Below, piece by piece: positions 56,656 through 64,000 of a stretch of 64,000 bases of DNA; within the stretch, counting starts at the first letter, position 1, and every line of letters begins with the position of its first letter. This DNA is from Heteronotia binoei (taxonomy: Eukaryota): assembly GCF_032191835.1 (NCBI RefSeq), contig NC_083237.1, positions 28,334,001 through 28,398,000 on the forward strand, written 5' to 3'. The position numbers and the translations under genes were made by a program. The notes beneath the pieces were generated by a model. It saw nothing but the letters and a program-made list of their open reading frames with translations, was not told where the DNA came from and did no database searches.

Positions 56656-58670
56656 AGTGAAGGGGAGGAAGAGTCTTTGCCAGAGGTGTGTGAGGGGGTA
56701 GATCTCCCTTCTGTGTTTCCAGCCTTGGTTAGAAATACAGAAGGAAAGGAAGCCACCCTGCACCTCTGGGGCATGCCCAGGAGGCGAGGGGGGTGGTAGA
56801 TCTCCCTTCTGTGTTTCCAGCTGAGACTGGAAACACAGCAGGAAAGCCACGCTCCGCTACAGGCAGGTACCCTTCCTCTCTCTCTTGCAGCAAGGTAGGG
56901 TGGGAAGGGCACCCCAGCAGCTGCCTTAGCCCTGGCTGGCTGCCTTTGCTTCACCTCCCGATTCAGATGGAAGGCAGAGCAAAGCCATCATGTCAATAGC
57001 AAGCTGGGAATTTGCCTAGGACACTGGGAGGATGGGGGAGCACCCAATCGGAGCCCCACCTGCCTGGCACCCTTGGCAGTTACCTAGTTTGTCTAGTGGC
57101 AGGGCCAGCCAGGCATGTTAGCCAGTGGTGGGATTCAAATAAATTAACAACAGGTTCTATGTCCTAATGACTATTTTAACTATACCAAAAGATATACTGA
57201 AAGGTAGTTTAATAATTCACGCATTAAATACTGCAATAAGAACAGTAAAAGAGGTAAAGACAACTAAACTGTTGTTAATTTATTTGAATCCCACCACTGC
57301 ATAAGACCACCCACTAAATTCATTTATAGGTGAGATATGAACCTGGAGCTTTGTGGTTTGTGGCTGAGCCACTAAACTATACCAGCACTGCAGGTTAGGG
57401 AGCGCTCTGAAGGATTGTGTAGAAGAGCTCTTTAAAAGCTGCACCCTGCCACAAAGATTCCAGTTGTATATCGTTACAGTTGGATCAGTGTTTTTCACTC
57501 AATGGATTGGAAGCCACATGTGGCTCTTTGGCATGCTTTTCTGAGTACTGTTCCCCAGTGCAGGACCTGGCCCATGTTTCAGGAAAGTAGACCAAAGACT
57601 TTGCCTAATGGGGCTTGTGGCTGATAGCTGGTTCTCACTTTGAAATAGCCACCAGTGGAACAGGTAAGCTGCAATCCTCCTTAAAGTGCAGTCCTCCTGC
57701 CAGGGATGGAAATAAATATGGCTCTTTTGGTTGATGGCAATCGTAGATGTTGCTCTCCATGAACTACTGAATGAGTAGCCTGGTCTCGCTGCCCTATGGA
57801 GCCCGCCGTTTCCTCCAGCCTCACCTTCATCGGGGCGCAGAAAGCAAAGGCGACCCCTTCCTCCTCCTCCTGCTGCTCAGCGGTGAAGGGGGAGGCGGCG
57901 GTTAACAGCAGGCGCCCGACCAACAAACGGTTCTATAGAACTGATGGCACATTAGGTAACGGTTCCATAGAACTGGTGCGAACCTGCTGAATCCCACCAC
58001 TGATGTTAGCTCTAGCTTTTCTTTTCCGCCACTGAGGGAATTGTCCATTTCAAAGAAATCCATATTTCTCTGGGCCTCCTTCTGATTATTTGCAGCCCCA
58101 TCCCAAGCAGAACTACACTCTTCTACTGATGTCAACTAATGGGCTTAGAATAGAAGGGTATAGATTTGCTTAGGGTCACCAGCCTCCAAGTTGGCCTGGA
58201 GAATGGCTAGAATTAGAACTAATTCCAGACTACAGAGATCAGTTCTCCTGGAGAAAATGGATGCTTTGTAGGGTGGACTCTATGGCATTATACCCTGCTG
58301 AAGTCCCTCCTCTCCCCAAAGCTCATCCTTCTTAAACTCCATTCCCAAATCTCCAGGAATTTCACACCTTGGCATTGTCCACTTAGGTGGACACGATCTG
58401 ATTTAGTAATATCTGTTCCCTCCCTTCACATGGGAGGTGCCATTATGTAAAAGAATGTAGCACCATAGCGGCAGAAATTGCTGTCATGATGTGGGAAGCC
58501 CTCTTTTCACTCCATGCAATTGCTCTATAACTTCACCAACGCAGTTGGTGTGTGTGAGCTGGGGATGAGTTGAGATTTAAACTCATATCTTTGTGTATTG
58601 AACCAGAGATTTCGCTCCTCAGCTAAACAGGAGGTGTCTAATAAGTATCCTTCCATCTCTCCTTCCAAAG

Positions 58671-58784
58671 GCACAAACAGTCCTTTCCTTGTGGATCCTG
58701 TACCAGAAGCCCATTTGGGCACTCACCCATGGAGCGGCTCTGTGCAAGTGAATCGAATCCACAATGGCCAAGGAGAAAGCGCAG
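58671..58784 (+). CDS. TULP2: Tubby-family exon (GTNSPFLVDPVPEAHLGTH...)
   Basis: Resembles the human TULP2 NPFL..VSEAHL segment as I recall it; AAG|G acceptor, CAG|GTAAC donor, phase 1 to 1. No tubby-domain exons were seen in the window. Confidence 0.72.
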
Positions 58785-60533
58785 GTAACAGAAGGTTCTA
58801 AGCTGGCAAACCTCACCCCCTCACTCACCTTACAGTTCCTCCTACAGACTCTTCCCCATGGCAATCCAGTCCAGTGGTCTTCCACATGCTCCTCAGGTAT
58901 GTCATGCAGCCCCCTTGGCTATATGAAGTATAAAAGGAACATATGAAGCTGCCTTATCACACTCTTGATCCATCAAGGTCAGTATTGTCTCCTTACACTG
59001 GCAACAGCATTCCAGAGTTTCAGGCTGAGGTCTTTCACATCACCTCCCACCTGGCCCTTTGAACTGGAGATGGTGGGGATTGAGCCTGGGACCTTCTGCA
59101 TGCTAAGCAGATTGTACCCATGACCCACGATAGCTCCTACCTCTCTTTGTGCACATACCAAGAAGAGTGGTAGGAGAGCAAAGCAAGATCACACAGGAAT
59201 GAAGAGGATTCCTTTTAGCATAGGCAAGTTCAGAGTCCTCATCCCCACAAATCACTCTTGCCATCTCCTTCCACCCCAAGTCAGTCCCCCAGTGCTCCAT
59301 GCATACTTGCAGCATGGAATCCTCCCTGCTGCAAGTATAGGTTTAGGTCATAGCACTGGCTCTCTTGTTCTTCCTGTCATGTGACTCTGACATCCTGTGG
59401 TTTCCTGACACGTGCTTTCAGCTTGGTGAACTCCAAGTCTGAAAAAGCTCAAGATCTTCTTAGAGAACACAGGAGTCCTATTCTCAGGCAGGACTGGATC
59501 TACATGTTTTTTGAGGGGGGGCAAAATTAAAAAATGGTGCCCCCTTATGGGCCATTCTATCTTATGGTCCCACAGAATATGATGGACTCCATACCCAATT
59601 TGGTGCCCCCCTTCCTTTGGCGCCCAGGGCAAGCACCCCCCTCTGCCCCCCCCCCCAGATCTGGCCTTGTTCTCAGCTATTGTCACACCCAGAGGAATCA
59701 AAGAATCCACATTCCTAAAATATTTATAGAGACAAAAGAAGACTCAGAAGACACAAGAGGACTCAGAGACAAAAGAGGACTCAGAAGGGTCAGGTCAGAA
59801 GTCCTTGGCTGATGCCTGTGTCAGGCAGCTTGATGAGAAATGTGACTGAGAAGTTGCAGGAAAGGATTGCATAAGCATTTTACCTTCCTTGGGTCTTAGA
59901 TCCCTCTCAAAGGGCTTGCTGGCACTCATTAACATTCCCAGTCACACCAGTAAACTGCAGGCATCTCAAAGGAAAATTAAGATGAACTTAATTTTAAGTC
60001 TCAGCCCTGAACTTTGTCTTCAGTACCAGAGTTTAGCTAGTTTTGTAATAAGGGCCAACTTAAATATTATGTCTGTTGCCTGGTCATGAGGACTTGCAGC
60101 AGGAGACCGTCTGTAAATTCTGCATAGGGTGCTGCAGGGGCCCAATTCTGGCTGGAACCATCCTGCAAGGAAGTGGGGCTTTGGGCTTTTGCTTCCTGCT
60201 GCACCATTTCCATAATCTGACGTAGTGCAGGGGAGGGGAGGGGAAAGTGTGTTATTTGCCCTATTGTGAAACTGCAAGTGCAAGCATTCAGTGTATGTGT
60301 AACCTCATGATGGCAAATCGCACACACACACACCCTCCACCAGTAGTGCTGTTTCAAGTCAGGAAAAATGGTGCAGCAGGCAGTAACCCCTCTTACCTCT
60401 GTACCTTACCTCAACCAGAATTGCAGCATTTGTCGGTTGAGTTCCCAGGGGGCACTTGCAGCTGTTGTGTTGCAGTCACAGAGTAGACATAACATGTAAT
60501 TTGACCCTAATAATAAACTCCTAAAAGAGGCAG

Positions 60534-61130
60534 TAGGGTGGCCAGACCGTCCCGGTCTCCCGGGAAAGTCCCGGTTCTGGCCACCAATTCCCGGCTCCCA
60601 GGCTGGCTATACCGGGACCATTAGAGGTCCCGGTTTAGCCTGCCAGAGAGCCAGGGGCCGCGCGGGCGGATGGGGAAGGCGGCGAGTGAGGGAGGAAGCA
60701 TCCCTGCGCGTGCGCAGGGCGATCGTGGCGGCCTCTGCGCATGCGCGGGGACGCTCCCTCCCTCGCTCGCCGCCTTCCCCGCCCGCGCGCAGAACCCGGC
60801 GGCGGTGGCGGAGGCCGGGGAAGCGTCGGAGAGGCCGGCACTGGTCGCTGGAGGGCCTCCAGCGACCAGCCTCTCCGACGCTTCCCTGGCCTTCGCCACC
60901 GCCGCAGGGCCCCGCGCGCAGGCCTCCAGTGCAGGCGGAGGCCGGGGAGGCGTCGGAGAGGCCGGCACTGGTCGCTGGAGGCCCTCCAGCAACCAGCGCC
61001 GGCCTCTCTGACGCCCTCCCCGGCCTCTCCGATGCCTCCCCGGCCTCTCCGCTGCCGCCGCCGCCCTGGAAGCAGGTAAGCTGCCCTGGCAGGGAGGGAG
61101 GAAGCCGAAAGCGGGGGGGGGGGGGCGGCT
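60534..61130. mobile_element. GC-rich MITE-like element beginning TAGGGTGGCCAGA, cut by the gap
   Basis: Terminus plus internal inverted and tandem GC-rich repeats; a matching inverted terminus TGGCCACCCTA at 63155-63165 may be its other end. Confidence 0.5.
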
Positions 61131-61704
61131 NNNNNNNNNNNNNNNNNNNNNNNNNNNNNNNNNNNNNNNNNNNNNNNNNNNNNNNNNNNNNNNNNNNNNN
61201 NNNNNNNNNNNNNNNNNNNNNNNNNNNNNNNNNNNNNNNNNNNNNNNNNNNNNNNNNNNNNNNNNNNNNNNNNNNNNNNNNNNNNNNNNNNNNNNNNNNN
61301 NNNNNNNNNNNNNNNNNNNNNNNNNNNNNNNNNNNNNNNNNNNNNNNNNNNNNNNNNNNNNNNNNNNNNNNNNNNNNNNNNNNNNNNNNNNNNNNNNNNN
61401 NNNNNNNNNNNNNNNNNNNNNNNNNNNNNNNNNNNNNNNNNNNNNNNNNNNNNNNNNNNNNNNNNNNNNNNNNNNNNNNNNNNNNNNNNNNNNNNNNNNN
61501 NNNNNNNNNNNNNNNNNNNNNNNNNNNNNNNNNNNNNNNNNNNNNNNNNNNNNNNNNNNNNNNNNNNNNNNNNNNNNNNNNNNNNNNNNNNNNNNNNNNN
61601 NNNNNNNNNNNNNNNNNNNNNNNNNNNNNNNNNNNNNNNNNNNNNNNNNNNNNNNNNNNNNNNNNNNNNNNNNNNNNNNNNNNNNNNNNNNNNNNNNNNN
61701 NNNN
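61131..61704. other. Assembly gap (574 N)
   Basis: Run of N. Confidence 1.
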
Positions 61705-61837
61705 TAGACAATACTGACTTTGGTGGGCCCAAGCACTGATTCAGTGTAAGGGAGCTTTGTGTTTGTGACTGGACTAGACAATACTGACTTTGGTGGACCC
61801 AAGCACTGATTCAGTGTAAGGGAGCTTTGTGTTTGTG
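61705..61837 (+). repeat. 70-bp tandem duplication of a SINE tail at the gap edge
   Basis: TAGACAATACTGACTTTGGTGG..GTTTGTG starts at 61705 and again at 61775; may be a contig-end artefact. Confidence 0.8.
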
Positions 61838-61907
61838 TCTTCTAGTGCAATTTTGTTCTCAGATCCTGTATTTACTTCATCAGTATATGGGATAAGGCAC
61901 TTTCTCA

Positions 61908-62644
61908 ACTGTGCTGCATAATGCAGCCTATTTATTTTGTCCTGTTTGCTCTGTTGGCTCTATCTGCGCCACCTTCATCACTTTCGGGGTGTGGATCCCC
62001 CAGTGGGGTGGTCTCGCGACTCCCTCCGCCGGCTGTTTCTGATAGCCCTGCGCCCCCTCTTTCATTTGATATGTGTCCCGTGCGGGTGCCACCCTCCCGC
62101 CGGGAGATGCCGCAAAATGAGCCCCCTTGAGGCTTATGGCGGCAGGGCTCGGGGGAAGTGAGCCAAACTGCTGTTCTTTTGAGGGGTTATAGAGTGTTTC
62201 AAGCCCGTCCCTGTGGCATCGGTCCCATCGTTGTGGGGCCCAGGGGGCCGGCGCAGTGGCACGCTGAAGCAGCCTGTCGGTCACTTCCGGGTTCCTGTCC
62301 TGCATCTCGACCTGTGTTATTAGTGACAGGCTGCTTCGGCGTGCCGCTGCGCCGCCCCCCTGGGTCCCACAACGATGGGACCGATGCCACAGGGACGGGC
62401 TCGAAACACTCTATAACCCCTCAAAAGAACAGCAGTCTAGCTCGCTTCCCCCGAGCCCTGCCGCCATAAGCCTCAAGGGGGCTCAAATGAAAGAGGGGGC
62501 GCAGGGCTATCAGAAACAGCCGGCGGAGGGAGTCGGGAGACCACCCCACTGGGGGATCCACACCCCGAAAGTGATGAAGGTGGCGCAGATAGAGCCAACA
62601 GAGCAAACAGGACAAAATAAATAGGCTGCATTATGCAGCACAGT
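61908..62644. repeat. ~740-bp CpG-rich fold-back palindrome (arms 61908-62278 and 62325-62644)
   Basis: ACTGTGCTGCATAATGCAGCC vs GGCTGCATTATGCAGCACAGT; the right arm lacks ~48 bp present in the left arm. Confidence 0.92.
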
Positions 62645-62804
62645 CTCACTGGAATCTGACTGGCTTCTCAGCGTGGAACCCGTTCTCTCTAGTCTTCTCA
62701 CTTTGAAAAAAGTAAAAAAAGAGTTTTATTTAACTTTATTTCCCCCTTTCCCTCTCTATAAATAATCTTGGTGTTTCCGGAGGTGATATTTGGGGGATTT
62801 TTGG

Positions 62805-63092
62805 GGACGTCACAGGAAGTGCTGTGAAGTCACTTCCTGTTTCCGGCAGTGGCATTTGGGGGAAATGATGTCATTTGGGGGAAATGATGTCACAGGAAGT
62901 GACGTCACTTCCTGCTTCCGGCAGGCGGCGCGGGGGAAATGATGTCACAGGAAGTGATGTCACTTCCTGTTTCCGGCAGGTGGCGTGGGGGGGGAATAAT
63001 GTCACAGGAAGTGATGTCACTTCCTGTTCCCGGCGGTGGCATGACATCACCGGAAGTGGCGTCATCGGAAGTGACGTCACTTCCTGTTTCCG
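62805..63092. repeat. ~43-bp minisatellite-like array (GATGTCACAGGAAGTGATGTCACTTCCTGTTTCCGGC)
   Basis: About 5-6 degenerate units inside a MITE-like end that terminates at TGGCCACCCTA (63165). Confidence 0.75.
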
Positions 63093-64000
63093 GCTTCGCG
63101 CGCGCCCCTACCTTCCCCCCTCCAAAGGTGTCCCTGGCTGGCCTTCAGACATTATGGCCACCCTAGCAGTAACAGACTGGATTTATTGGAACCTGGCCAG
63201 GGTTGACCAAATTGCTACTTTATCTGTGGCTGTTTCTGTTCTTTGTAAAGAACATATGGCCCAAGTTAATGCCTGGCCCCTGTGTTTAATCTACTCAGAT
63301 TCCAACCCTTAAACTGTTAATTGTTTTAAATGAATGATCTATGCTGAGATTTTATGTAGGTTAGTATTTTTTTAAGTGTTTCCATTCTGTTTCTGAATGG
63401 CCTGTCTAGCAGCCACTCTCCAGATGGGGCCTGAGTGGAATTACACCTGACATCCAGATGACAGAGATCAGTTTCCCTAGAGAAAATGGTTACTTTGGAG
63501 GGTGGATTCTGTGGCATTATGCCCTGCTAAGCACCTTCCCCAGAATCCAGCCCCCAAATTCTCCAGGACTCTCCAACCCAGAGTTGGCAACTATAATGGC
63601 CTGTGGTGGGCCATTATAAAAACTGAACTAGTAGCAGAGTATCTTTGAGCATGAACAGAACACAGTCTCCTCATCATTAAGCAATCACAGCTCAAATTTG
63701 CACCAGGAGCAGGATTTCTAGTAAGAGGATGAGGTGATTTTATTGTTTTATTGTTGCTGATGTTGTTGTTGTTGTCATTATTATTTTAATTGTTCTCCCA
63801 TCCCAGCTCACGCCAGGCTCTGGGCAATTTACAACATATGGAAACATACAAAGTAATATAATATAAACTAAAAACAGCAAATAAGTTAGTTAAAATTATA
63901 AGACACAGGTGGCACCCCATAAGTTTTTCTATATCCTGGACTCCCAGGGGAGGGGGTGGGAAGACTTACAAAGTGTCTGGGGGGAGAATGGAAAAGGAAG

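Noticed and set aside
60621-61802. ORFs of 343-393 aa spanning the gap
   Set aside because: Artefacts of translating N.
61850-61885. Hammerhead-like CTGATGAAG...CTGAGAAC on the - strand beside the second palindrome
   Set aside because: The required GAAA reads GAGA, and stems I and III are not evident.

Overview
Vertebrate genomic DNA, most likely a squamate reptile (the SINE/MITE repertoire suggests a gecko; inference). Three intron-containing genes are present: (1) PPP1R15A/GADD34 on + (promoter and uORF-bearing exon 1 at ~2.4-2.8 kb; coding exons 11372-12817 and 17322-17597; 573 aa); (2) NUCB1 on - (12 coding exons between 42188 and 30600, 455 aa; non-coding exon 1 near 44.3-44.4 kb); (3) the 5' part of a tubby-family gene, most likely TULP2, on +, head-to-head with NUCB1. 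Intron 1 of PPP1R15A holds a full-length, very young Ty3/gypsy chromovirus (5103-11007, -): 422-bp LTRs, AAGAG target-site duplication, Tf1/sushi-type self-priming site, GGGAAAC plus pseudoknot -1 frameshift signal, chromodomain integrase, and one nonsense lesion in pol. A degenerate DIRS1-type tyrosine-recombinase retrotransposon with intact ITR/ICR architecture lies at ~19.6-25.2 kb. The rest is SINE, LINE and MITE debris, two long fold-back palindromes in TULP2 introns, several short local duplications in NUCB1 introns, and a 574-N gap. I found no evidence of a wholly new class of system. The best leads are lineage-specific details of known systems: the GADD34 uORF, the self-priming and frameshift signals, the local templated copies and the palindromes. 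All alignments were done by eye; no database searches were run.
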